The translations under genes and the position numbers were made by a program. Of a stretch of DNA of 64,000 bases, positions 1 through 8,183 are shown piece after piece (the stretch's first letter is position 1; each line of letters begins with the position of its first letter). The notes under the pieces were generated by a model. That model made no database searches, was not told where the DNA came from, and saw only the letters and a program-made list of their open reading frames with translations. Source of the stretch: an uncultured virus (IMG/VR IMGVR_UViG_3300028129_000011) (taxonomy: Duplodnaviria > Heunggongvirae > Uroviricota > Caudoviricetes); the IMG/VR virus record IMGVR_UViG_3300028129_000011. One strand, given 5' to 3'.

Positions 1-502
1 TAACTGAGGCAGCTCCACGACGGACACTCCCTTGATTAGTTGCAAGAATTGTTGAGTCATATATCTTGCAGAAAGGTACGACTCCGTCTGATGTTCCATT
101 ACCTGTTATTCTAGCGCCAGCGGGTCTAATTTGATTTACACCGATACCAACTCCACCGCCGTGCTTAGCGAGTAGCATCATCTCTAAATTCTTCTGACCT
201 ATATCTTGTATGCTATCAGCAACATCAATCCCGAAACAGCTAATAGGCAAGCCACGATCAGTGCCTGTATTAGATAGTACTGGGGAAGCGAGACATAGCC
301 AACCATTCCAAATATAATCAAAAAATACTTCAGCCATTTCTGGTTTATAAAGTCTACGAGCAACTGTTTTAGCGACTCTTTTGTATGCCTCTCTAGGCGT
401 TTCTCCGTCAAGTAAATATCCCCCGGATATTGTCTTTTTGTATACGTCCGTATTACCCCACGCAGGAAAGTCCTCGCCTTTAATCCAATTTTCATTCCAC
501 AT
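1..502 (-). CDS. nrdA: Ribonucleotide reductase class Ia alpha subunit, N-terminal part (runs off the window start; allele 1)
   Basis: ATG at 502; translates MWNENWIKGEDFPAWG...SPVLSNTG...PISCF...HGGGVG...NQGSVRRGAASV; colinear with 63626-64000. Not in the ORF track because it is truncated. Confidence 0.93.
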   Translation of the reverse strand, partial: MWNENWIKGEDFPAWGNTDVYKKTISGGYLLDGETPREAYKRVAKTVARRLYKPEMAEVFFDYIWNGWLCLASPVLSNTGTDRGLPISCFGIDVADSIQDIGQKNLEMMLLAKHGGGVGIGVNQIRPAGARITGNGTSDGVVPFCKIYDSTILATNQGSVRRGAASV

Positions 503-509
503 ATTTTAC

Positions 510-884
510 TTATTTTGTTTGCCATCTTTTGTTATACTTAGGCTCGTGTTTAAATTCTAACTCTATTTCTTTAATTAATCTTTCTTGTTTACTAGTAGTC
601 TCTATAACTTCATACGTCCAAAACTCTTTGCAATAAGCTTTTTTAAATTGCCCTTTGTGAAAAGCTTTTGATTTGTCATAACCAAAATGCTCAGCTAATC
701 TTCTTGGACCATTAACTGATTCCCCAACGTAAATAATTTCACCAGTCTCATCTTTAATTATATAAACAATTTCCATAGGTACAGGAAACTCTTTATCAAA
801 TAATTTTTTTCTAGCTTTTTTAACTACTGCTTTTCTAGATTCTGTAATTGTGTAACCACTAAAACCATCGTGTATTTTTGTCAT
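510..884 (-). CDS. GIY-YIG family endonuclease (free-standing, homing-type)
   Basis: IVYII...IIYVGES...RRLAEH, then E (IKEIEL) and PKYN at the C-terminus, the GIY-YIG motif order. Confidence 0.8.
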   Translation of the reverse strand: MTKIHDGFSGYTITESRKAVVKKARKKLFDKEFPVPMEIVYIIKDETGEIIYVGESVNGPRRLAEHFGYDKSKAFHKGQFKKAYCKEFWTYEVIETTSKQERLIKEIELEFKHEPKYNKRWQTK

Positions 885-885
885 A

Positions 886-1317
886 TTATAAATGTCTGTG
901 AACAGCTTGCCTACTTATCTTTAACACGTCAGCTACATACTGTACGGTTTCTTGAGGCATTAACTCTCTGATTAATCTAATTTTAACTTTTGTTTTTAAC
1001 TTCTTGTTATTGCTTATAGACATAACTTCCTTAGTTTTTTCTAAGTTTTGTTTCATCTGATAAAAATAACTTGATGCCGACTTTACTTTACGATCAGTTA
1101 ATTCTTTAGACCATTTATATAGTGCAGCTTGTAGCCAACTATAAGGTTTTTTCCAGTCTTCAAAACCATTGATGTAATGTAAATCCCATTTGTTTCCGTG
1201 TATTTTATGATACCACCAATATTCATAACCATCAAAAGTTATCTTATGGTTTTCAGGAAGACATAGAGATTCAAGGTCTTGATCTGACCAACTCGTTATA
1301 TTCATATCTATTTCCAT
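886..1317 (-). CDS. Hypothetical protein with C-terminal helix-turn-helix
   Basis: TVQYVADVLKISRQAVHRHL is HTH-like; class II promoter motif immediately upstream. Confidence 0.65.
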   Translation of the reverse strand: MEIDMNITSWSDQDLESLCLPENHKITFDGYEYWWYHKIHGNKWDLHYINGFEDWKKPYSWLQAALYKWSKELTDRKVKSASSYFYQMKQNLEKTKEVMSISNNKKLKTKVKIRLIRELMPQETVQYVADVLKISRQAVHRHL

Positions 1318-1398
1318 TTGGTTTGTTATTTATATTATTACACGTTTACATTTAAAATTACATCAGCTGTAAACATTATTATTATTAGTTGCTGATTA

Positions 1399-1470
1399 TC
1401 AGTTAGTTGCGAAGTGAAATAATTTAACTAAAGGGTAATCTTCTCCTTTAATCCATTTATTATTCCACAT
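1399..1470 (-). pseudogene. Truncated nrdA 5' remnant, MWNNKWIKGEDYP then unrelated sequence (23 aa)
   Basis: First 13 codons match the nrdA N-terminus MWNENWIKGEDFP. Confidence 0.75.
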
Positions 1471-1475
1471 ATTTA

Positions 1476-1739
1476 TTATTTGTTTTTATAATTTTCTACT
1501 TCAAGCCACTCGGTAGGATCTACAAACCATCTGCCTTCTATTTTTACTTCAAAGAAACTATTTACGCCTTGTGGCTTGTAGAAGATTTTATTGTTTTCAA
1601 CTTTCCACATATGACCGTAACCAGTTCTAATAAAGTTGTTGTTGTTAATTAAAGCTTTACTAATATCCTCGAAGCTTTTAACAATTACTGTTGGAAAATC
1701 TGTTATATCTTCTCCTTTGATCCAGTTTTCATTCCACAT
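1476..1739 (-). CDS. Hypothetical protein starting with the nrdA N-terminal 11 aa
   Basis: MWNENWIKGED is identical to the nrdA start; the remainder is unrelated. Confidence 0.65.
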   Translation of the reverse strand: MWNENWIKGEDITDFPTVIVKSFEDISKALINNNNFIRTGYGHMWKVENNKIFYKPQGVNSFFEVKIEGRWFVDPTEWLEVENYKNK

Positions 1740-1743
1740 ATTA

Positions 1744-2010
1744 TTATTTTAAAAAGTGAGTTATCCAGGCTATTAACCCATTTATATTTAAAGCTACTAA
1801 GTTCCATTGTTTCCTAGAGCTTGTTTGTATTATTACTAGTATAAATCCTACCATGTAAAGTTTTGGATCTATAGTCCATTGAGCAGCGATTAAAAAACCA
1901 CTACCCATGTAACCTATTCTAATTGCTAATCTTTCTTCAGGTTTCAGTTTCTTCGATCTTACTAGCTTTTTTAACCACTTCTTCTTTAAGCTTTTCAATT
2001 GCTGCATCAT
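1744..2010 (-). CDS. Small membrane protein
   Basis: Several hydrophobic segments; start uncertain (overlaps upstream ORF). Confidence 0.6.
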   Translation of the reverse strand: MMQQLKSLKKKWLKKLVRSKKLKPEERLAIRIGYMGSGFLIAAQWTIDPKLYMVGFILVIIQTSSRKQWNLVALNINGLIAWITHFLK

Positions 2011-2158
2011 ATTCTTTAAATTGTTTAATTGTTTCTAGCGTACCTATTGATAAGTCTTTAAGATAAGCGTTTTCATCTAGTATTTGTTGCACTACTCTTA
2101 TTAATGCTTCAATCTTTTTCTCTAAAAGATCGACTCTACTTTGTTTTTGTTTAGTCAT
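1937..2158 (-). CDS. Hypothetical coiled-coil protein
   Basis: ORF within the operon, heptad-like pattern. Confidence 0.65.
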   Translation of the reverse strand: MTKQKQSRVDLLEKKIEALIRVVQQILDENAYLKDLSIGTLETIKQFKEYDAAIEKLKEEVVKKASKIEETET

Positions 2159-2365
2159 TTATTTATATTTAATTTTATTACCATATATCTTCGAAGTCTT
2201 CACCTTCGTTAGCTTTTGAATAATCAGTGGGCCTAATCGCGAAAAAATCAGTATGAGTGACCCCGCCGGTAAGATGATAGAACCAATCAAGATTAGCTGC
2301 TGCTTTCTCGTCATATGCGAAATACGATCCCAAGTCAACATAACCAAGTTCCACAAGTTTTTCAT
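2159..2365 (-). CDS. Candidate overprinted small membrane protein in the +1 frame of the nrdB 3' end
   Basis: A-rich start context; TM segment LILIGSIILPAGSLILIF; stop abuts the next ATG; nrdB codons become G/C-ending across the overlap. Confidence 0.5.
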   Translation of the reverse strand: MKNLWNLVMLTWDRISHMTRKQQLILIGSIILPAGSLILIFSRLGPLIIQKLTKVKTSKIYGNKIKYK

Positions 2366-3146
2366 TTGCTCTCTTTTTTATAAAGTGTTTAAGATCATTA
2401 GCTGATATACCTTCTATGTCACCCATCTCAAACATCTTGTTAATATATTCTGTTTCAAGTTTAACCATTGTTTCTGCCGCACTTATAATCTCTTCTCTAC
2501 ATAAATGCAGTAATTGATCGTTCTCACTACACATATCACGGAATAATTTACACCCCATTTTGCTATGTAAAGATTCATCTCTAACACTCCACTTCATCTG
2601 CTGACCAATACCTTTTAATAAGTTTCTTAATTGAAAAGAATATAGTACAGCAAAAGCAGAATAAAGACTAACCCCTTCAGCGAAAGCAGAAAATACAGCA
2701 AGAGACTTAGCAATACCAATTTGATCATTTCCTTTATAGGCCACAAGGTTATCAAATCTCTTAGACGTCGCAGGTTCGTGTAGAAATGCTTCATAATCTT
2801 CTAACCCTAATGTTTCGTTTAAATAACTGTAAGCTACAGCGTGAACTGTTTCTTGCGATCCAAACATCATAGCCATTTGTTGTATTTCGTGTTTAGGAAA
2901 CCAACCAACTACTTTTTGTGTCCAGTAATCTGAAACAGCACATTCTGTTTGTGCAAAACCTAGTAATATATTACCTACTAAGTTTTTTTCTTTTTCATTT
3001 AATTTTTCGTTCCAATCCTTAATATCACTTTGCATTGATATTTCTGTGTGTAACCAAAACGCTTGAGCTTGTTTTAACCAACCCTCAGTATAATATTCAG
3101 GGTACTCAAAAGGTTTGTAAGCTATTCTTTCGTCAAATAATCCCAT
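2178..3146 (-). CDS. nrdB: Ribonucleotide reductase class Ia beta subunit
   Basis: FW..EI, QETVHAVAY, EGVSLYSAF and RDESLH diiron motifs, HTDFFA C-terminus; likely start ATG 3146 (TAATG overlap). Confidence 0.95.
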   Translation of the reverse strand: MGLFDERIAYKPFEYPEYYTEGWLKQAQAFWLHTEISMQSDIKDWNEKLNEKEKNLVGNILLGFAQTECAVSDYWTQKVVGWFPKHEIQQMAMMFGSQETVHAVAYSYLNETLGLEDYEAFLHEPATSKRFDNLVAYKGNDQIGIAKSLAVFSAFAEGVSLYSAFAVLYSFQLRNLLKGIGQQMKWSVRDESLHSKMGCKLFRDMCSENDQLLHLCREEIISAAETMVKLETEYINKMFEMGDIEGISANDLKHFIKKRANEKLVELGYVDLGSYFAYDEKAAANLDWFYHLTGGVTHTDFFAIRPTDYSKANEGEDFEDIW

Positions 3147-3316
3147 TAGTTTATCATAAATTTTATAGTTTGTAATGTGTTTTGCCACGCAGCTATATAA
3201 GCTATCATATCTTTTTTATTTACTGAAGCTTTTACTTGCTTCATCTCATGTACAACTTCTTCTATAAAAAAGTTTACAGTTTCAAGTTTGTCTTGTAATT
3301 CCTTGTTATCGCTCAT
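3146..3316 (-). CDS. Small hypothetical protein (56 aa, MSDNKELQDK...)
   Basis: Translated by hand; stop overlaps the nrdB ATG. Confidence 0.6.
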   Translation of the reverse strand: MSDNKELQDKLETVNFFIEEVVHEMKQVKASVNKKDMIAYIAAWQNTLQTIKFMIN

Positions 3317-3479
3317 TGTAAAAAGCTATATCTACAAAAGGTAAATAAAAAACATGTATTTTCGCATTTTCCATTTCATAAGATCTAATTCCAAATAGTA
3401 CACCTGGATAAAGACCTAATTCAATAGACCAACCTTTTTCATTTTCTTCTCCACGCGGAGCATTCGATTTTGAACTCAT
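3306..3479 (-). CDS. Small hypothetical protein (57 aa, ...WSIELGLYPGVLFGIRSY...)
   Basis: Translated by hand; fills the operon gap. Confidence 0.55.
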   Translation of the reverse strand: MSSKSNAPRGEENEKGWSIELGLYPGVLFGIRSYEMENAKIHVFYLPFVDIAFYNER

Positions 3480-3569
3480 CTTGTTTTTGTTTTAATTGTT
3501 TATATTTAATTCCACCTTTAACATCTATGCTCCATTTAATCCATTTTTGTAGCTGACGTTCCGCATATT

Positions 3570-4037
3570 TTATTTTTGCGTTGATCTTCGCTTTTCTAGT
3601 ATTAAGTTTATTGTCTCGTCGCATTCTTTTTGACACTGTGGTTTATATAATGTTGTATTAGGGAATTGTTCTACTATTAATCTCTTAAATAATTTCCATC
3701 TCATAGGAAATGACTCGTTTGCTCTACCTTTAGTTTCTATTATAAAATCATCACCTATAAAATCAGGAGTATACTTGATTGGTAAAATTCTTTTACAACC
3801 TCTATTAACAAATTCACCCTTACCGTTTGATTGTCTTTCATATACTTCGTTCGCAAAATAAAAACCACTAGATAAGACAAATGTCTCTCCTTCGTATTTA
3901 GCTTTGATCTTATTTTTCTTTAAAGCTATATACATATATTTCTCTAACCCGGAGGCAAAAGTGATGCCATCGTGCACCACTTTATTTGACCTCACAGGAC
4001 CTTTTTTTCTTGATCTTTTTTTAAAAACTTTCTTCAT
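3570..4037 (-). CDS. PD-(D/E)XK endonuclease, T7 endonuclease I-like (resolvase or host DNA degradation)
   Basis: FASGLE...YTPDF...IIETKG. Confidence 0.8.
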   Translation of the reverse strand: MKKVFKKRSRKKGPVRSNKVVHDGITFASGLEKYMYIALKKNKIKAKYEGETFVLSSGFYFANEVYERQSNGKGEFVNRGCKRILPIKYTPDFIGDDFIIETKGRANESFPMRWKLFKRLIVEQFPNTTLYKPQCQKECDETINLILEKRRSTQK

Positions 4038-4314
4038 AATGATTACCATCATTACCGTTTTGTGCAATGATCTTAATTCTATTTAACATTGATTCTTCAA
4101 TTTCATCAGCTAAGCAACGTTTCGCAGCTTCAATGTAAAGTAATGCATCCATTAATTCTTCTTGAACATCAATTAAAAACCTATTTAAGTCTTTTTCTTG
4201 ACCTTCAATTTCTTGCATCATTGTTGCTCCGTATTTCTCTTGACCTACTAAACTACGTTGATCCATTTTTTTTAATACAGATAATACTATTTGATCTTTT
4301 GTTTTTATCTCCAT
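4021..4314 (-). CDS. All-alpha NTP pyrophosphohydrolase-like protein
   Basis: RSLVGQEKYG...QEELMDALLY (EExxD). Confidence 0.55.
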   Translation of the reverse strand: MEIKTKDQIVLSVLKKMDQRSLVGQEKYGATMMQEIEGQEKDLNRFLIDVQEELMDALLYIEAAKRCLADEIEESMLNRIKIIAQNGNDGNHYEESF

Positions 4315-5096
4315 TATAATGTTTGTTTTACAAATGTTCCATTAATCATTTTACCTTTGCGATTAGCTATTTCATGATATGCTGAATCAATACATTCCTC
4401 TATCTCAAGTCCTTCTAACTTTGCTAAGTTTGTTAATACAACAACCATATCACCAATCGCATCTATAATTTCTGGTTCATCTTCATCAAGTAATGCTTTT
4501 GCTAATTCACCAGCTTCCTCCATAAGTTTTACATATTGAGTTTTAGAGTCTCCAGCATCATATATACCTCTTTCTTTAGCCCAAGATCTAATGTTATCAA
4601 ATACACTAGGAGTTTGTTTTTCTATAGTTTCTATTGTTTTTGGATATTCTAAAAACTCAGCAGCGTATGCTTTATTATAAATATAGCATCTGTTTATATT
4701 AAACATTGATACTCTAGCGTTTTGAATTATCCAGTCTATTGTTTGATCATCTAAACCAAATACTCCGTGCTCAGTAGCCCATTTAAGACCTATGTTATCT
4801 AGCAAATTGCCTTTTAATTTATTTATTGGGCATGGAAAAGTTGTTGTTTGTTCTGTTACGTTAATTTTCATTTCTCTCTTGTTTTTATTGATTAAATTTT
4901 CATATAATTGATTATCTACTTTATATCCATAAAGTTTTTGTAATTCTAATTCTTTTTTAGACGCGTAAGATATATCTTCTGTAGCTTCTAATAACTCGTA
5001 TTCTCCAAGTTTGTAACCTTGTTGTTTAGTTACTCTTTCATTTAGGTTTTTTGTTAAACCTATTTTTTTTCCTGGTATGTGATAAAGATAATACAT
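4314..5096 (-). CDS. Fusion: degenerate GIY-YIG-like N-terminus + MazG-like NTP pyrophosphatase
   Basis: N-term YYLYHIPGKKIGLT..L.ERV; C-term KLMEEAGELA...DAIGD...EIANRKG. Confidence 0.75.
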   Translation of the reverse strand: MYYLYHIPGKKIGLTKNLNERVTKQQGYKLGEYELLEATEDISYASKKELELQKLYGYKVDNQLYENLINKNKREMKINVTEQTTTFPCPINKLKGNLLDNIGLKWATEHGVFGLDDQTIDWIIQNARVSMFNINRCYIYNKAYAAEFLEYPKTIETIEKQTPSVFDNIRSWAKERGIYDAGDSKTQYVKLMEEAGELAKALLDEDEPEIIDAIGDMVVVLTNLAKLEGLEIEECIDSAYHEIANRKGKMINGTFVKQTL

Positions 5097-5741
5097 TTAT
5101 TTGATTTTATTGTTATAAAGATGTAAATTATGTGCATGATGATAATATGTTCCAATTTCAAAACCTGTCATCTCTGAGACTATTTGCTGAAGCTTTGAAA
5201 AACAATACTGATCAATACAAAAGCCAAACCAGAGATCATTAGAACGCATATAGACAGACATATTAAGCTTATTATTTAATACTGTAAACTGAATAGCATA
5301 TGTACAAGGTGTATCTGTTGCATAATTGTTAATTTCTTTTCCATCATATATACTTATAGCAGCTTGTCTAGTGTCAGGTTTTTCTTTTAATAGTTTAACG
5401 ATATTATCAAGTTGATTATGTCTTTTCCACTGATACCCGTAGTTTGAATTAACTTCACCATTTTCATCTGCCATACGTTTCCATATAGCCGGAACTTTAC
5501 CGTATATCTCACCTAACTTTGATATTCTAGGGTCACCAGATAAGTACCATTGCCATTCAGCTTCAGCATAATCTATATTGAAATTACGTTCAACATTGTG
5601 TATAGCATTATCTAAAGGATCTTCTAATGTAAAACCTACATTAAATAAAGCTTTAGTGTCACCGAAATCTACACCGTTCAATATTATTTCATTAAAGAAA
5701 TAGTTGTATGCTTCGTCAGCGTTTTTAAATTTTGTTCTCAT
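5097..5741 (-). CDS. Thymidylate-synthase-family enzyme, probably dCMP (hydroxy)methylase
   Basis: NSNYG, TRQA, DTPCT, RSNDLWFGFCID (Asp at the ThyA Asn177 position), NLHLY. Confidence 0.8.
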   Translation of the reverse strand: MRTKFKNADEAYNYFFNEIILNGVDFGDTKALFNVGFTLEDPLDNAIHNVERNFNIDYAEAEWQWYLSGDPRISKLGEIYGKVPAIWKRMADENGEVNSNYGYQWKRHNQLDNIVKLLKEKPDTRQAAISIYDGKEINNYATDTPCTYAIQFTVLNNKLNMSVYMRSNDLWFGFCIDQYCFSKLQQIVSEMTGFEIGTYYHHAHNLHLYNNKIK

Positions 5742-5976
5742 ATTTGTTATAATAGTATTTGTAGTATTCATAAACTTTCTGCCATATATGATTTTTGTTA
5801 TATGTTTTAGGATCTGTATTTTTATTACCTTTATTTTCTATAACAATTGTCCACGTGGCTTCTTTTATAGCTATTGGTGATATATATATATTATTTTTTA
5901 AGCACCAAAATCTAGCTTTTTCTTCTTGTTCATCTGGTAAATAATTACCCATATCAAATGGATTACTTTTAGCCAT
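5725..5976 (-). CDS. Hypothetical protein
   Basis: ORF within the operon. Confidence 0.6.
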   Translation of the reverse strand: MAKSNPFDMGNYLPDEQEEKARFWCLKNNIYISPIAIKEATWTIVIENKGNKNTDPKTYNKNHIWQKVYEYYKYYYNKYENKI

Positions 5977-5977
5977 A

Positions 5978-7693
5978 TTATTCCCAAGGCATTTTTTCGT
6001 TACCTATATTTATTTCTTCATGAGGAATAAAACAACCTGATTTAGGTTCCCATTTAAAATGAGCTTCAGCGCCATTTTCTCCTAAGTTTTGAAACTTAAC
6101 TTTTAAAACCTTAGCTTTAACTGTTTTAGCTTCATAATCTCTATGAACTAATAAACCGTGATAAGACGCATCATACCACTCACCACCACCTTTAATGTTG
6201 TACATAGTTGGTTCTTCGATTTTACCATCTTTGTCTTTATACATTTTAGTTGGGTGAGCTACTATGAATACTAAGACATCATACTTTTTTGCAAATATTT
6301 CAATCTTTTGTAGGTATTCCATAGTATACCTATTAACATCTTCAGTTTTTGAATCTACATCTCTAACTTTATTAAAAGGATCTATAACTAAACATTTAAT
6401 ACCTTTACGTTTAACTAGCTCTGCAGCTTTACGTAGTACAGACTCTAAAGTATAACGCTCCATATCTATATGAAAGAAATTAGAGTTACAGTGTTCTGCT
6501 ACTTGATTCCATCTGTCTTTACCAATATCATCTTTACTTGGCATACCTTGCCAAACCTTACGCATTAGTTTATGAGCATGTAAATAAGTAGGCACATTTT
6601 CAGGAGATGCAAAAGCTGTTTTCCAACCATAGTTTTGATTATAACCAACAATCATTTGATCTACAAAATCTGATTTACCACTTGAAGGTATACCTGTTAC
6701 AGTTATAAATTGACCTGTGTACGTTGAAAATATTTCATCAAAGTTTGGTAAACCAACTTGAAAACCAGGTTTAAAACCATTTCTTACAAAGTCAGTAATT
6801 TCATCTTCAATATCTCTAAATGTTGTTACATTCTCTAAAGGAACAGGCTTTGCGCTAGTTATTCTATTTGTTAATTTTTCTTTACCGTGTTTTAATAAAT
6901 ATTCATTAGCATCTTTACAGTCATCAAATGTTGTAATGTAACAAACTTCAGATCCTAATCTTCTAATTAATTCAGTTTGTAAAGCTTGACCAGCTTCATC
7001 AGAATCAACTGCTAATATTATTTTTTCTTTGTCTTCAAAATAATCAATACAGTTGTCTAAATAATCTAAGTTATTAGAGTTTAATGTAGCTCCATTAGGT
7101 ACAGATATTACGTTTGTTATACCTGATTCGTGTAAAGCTAATACATCCATTTCACCTTCAACTATAACGCAGTATTCATAACCTACAATGCTATCAATAT
7201 TATAAAATACTTTTTCAGCACCTTTATAAAGTTTAAAGTTTTTCCTACCGTCTCTATATTTTACATTAGTTAATTGTCCACCTACAAAATAATTAAACTT
7301 AATTACATTTTCAGTTTTCTGTGTTTGTGGCATCCACTCTGGACCTTCAGTTATTTTAAGATCCGTTAAAGTTTGTTTTGATATACCTCTAGACTCAAAC
7401 CATTTTTCAACCCTTGTTCCAGGCTGTACAATTTCTATTGGCTCTGGTTTTACATATACTTTTTCAGATTCACCTTTACGTTTATAACTGTGTAATTGAA
7501 AAGTGCTATTACAGTTGTGACATGTACCTAAACCTCTTTGCCAATCGTAAGAAGCACATTTAGCTTTTTGGTTTTTAGGCTTTCTATTATGAGAACAAAG
7601 GGGACAAACGCCTTGTTTTTTCCCCTCTTCTAATTTGTGAATATTAAATTCATCAATCAGGAAACCATTGATTTCCGTAGTCTCTATTTGCAT
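5978..7693 (-). CDS. Primase-helicase (T7 gp4/Twinkle-like)
   Basis: Zn finger CPLC...CHNC; TOPRIM VEGEMD, VDSDEAG, KDANE; Walker A GIPSSGKS; VIDP; VAHP. Confidence 0.95.
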   Translation of the reverse strand: MQIETTEINGFLIDEFNIHKLEEGKKQGVCPLCSHNRKPKNQKAKCASYDWQRGLGTCHNCNSTFQLHSYKRKGESEKVYVKPEPIEIVQPGTRVEKWFESRGISKQTLTDLKITEGPEWMPQTQKTENVIKFNYFVGGQLTNVKYRDGRKNFKLYKGAEKVFYNIDSIVGYEYCVIVEGEMDVLALHESGITNVISVPNGATLNSNNLDYLDNCIDYFEDKEKIILAVDSDEAGQALQTELIRRLGSEVCYITTFDDCKDANEYLLKHGKEKLTNRITSAKPVPLENVTTFRDIEDEITDFVRNGFKPGFQVGLPNFDEIFSTYTGQFITVTGIPSSGKSDFVDQMIVGYNQNYGWKTAFASPENVPTYLHAHKLMRKVWQGMPSKDDIGKDRWNQVAEHCNSNFFHIDMERYTLESVLRKAAELVKRKGIKCLVIDPFNKVRDVDSKTEDVNRYTMEYLQKIEIFAKKYDVLVFIVAHPTKMYKDKDGKIEEPTMYNIKGGGEWYDASYHGLLVHRDYEAKTVKAKVLKVKFQNLGENGAEAHFKWEPKSGCFIPHEEINIGNEKMPWE

Positions 7694-7719
7694 AGGTTAT
7701 TTATTATTTAATTTAATTA

Positions 7720-7806
7720 TTATTCTCCGTCTCTACAGTCAGGGCAGATATCGCAGAAATCATATTCTTCCTGCGACATAGCCTGATCACACATCTCACA
7801 GTTCAT
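7720..7806 (-). CDS. 28-aa Cys-rich peptide MNCEMCDQAMSQEEYDFCDICPDCRDGE
   Basis: ATG overlaps the SSB stop (TAATG); CxxC...CxxCxxC. Confidence 0.55.
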   Translation of the reverse strand: MNCEMCDQAMSQEEYDFCDICPDCRDGE

Positions 7807-8123
7807 TAGAACGGTAAGTCATCTTCTTGAGGAGATAACGATTGAGCTGGAGCTTGTTGAGATTGTTGATCATCTCTTGGAGCAGCTGCGACATTATCAC
7901 CATTAGTCCAAATAACTTTAACGTTACCTAAATAGGTTTTTGCAGCTTTAGCTGTACGTTCATCTTTAGATTGTGCAATTGTGATTGGACCTTGGTTACC
8001 AAATTGATCTGGTTCATCATTTAAGACAATTGTAATAGGTAAATACTTACCTTTTTTACCGTCAATGATCTTTGTTTTATCAATATTATTTAAATTGATA
8101 CTTGCGTTAATAATACTTGCCAT
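7806..8123 (-). CDS. Single-stranded DNA-binding protein (putative)
   Basis: Acidic DDLPF C-terminal tail; located next to ERF and exonuclease. Confidence 0.7.
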   Translation of the reverse strand: MASIINASINLNNIDKTKIIDGKKGKYLPITIVLNDEPDQFGNQGPITIAQSKDERTAKAAKTYLGNVKVIWTNGDNVAAAPRDDQQSQQAPAQSLSPQEDDLPF

Positions 8124-8183
8124 AGTTTATCTGTGTTTAAAAATTTATAATTTTATTATCTTTTAGAAATCGTATTTTTTTTG

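Larger units (their letters stand above)
510..1430 (-). mobile_element. Putative inserted cassette (HTH + GIY-YIG) at the nrdA 5' end
   Basis: Lies between two copies of the nrdA start (1470 and 502); IHF-consensus box TATCAGTTAGTTG at ~1397-1409. Confidence 0.5.

Noticed and set aside
1415..1432. XerD-arm-like TTTAGTTAAAT at the cassette junction
   Set aside because: Partial match in AT-rich DNA with no recognisable XerC arm
510..1470. Group I intron or intein in nrdA
   Set aside because: The endonuclease lies outside an intact nrdA that has its own start; no intron core or intein motifs were seen
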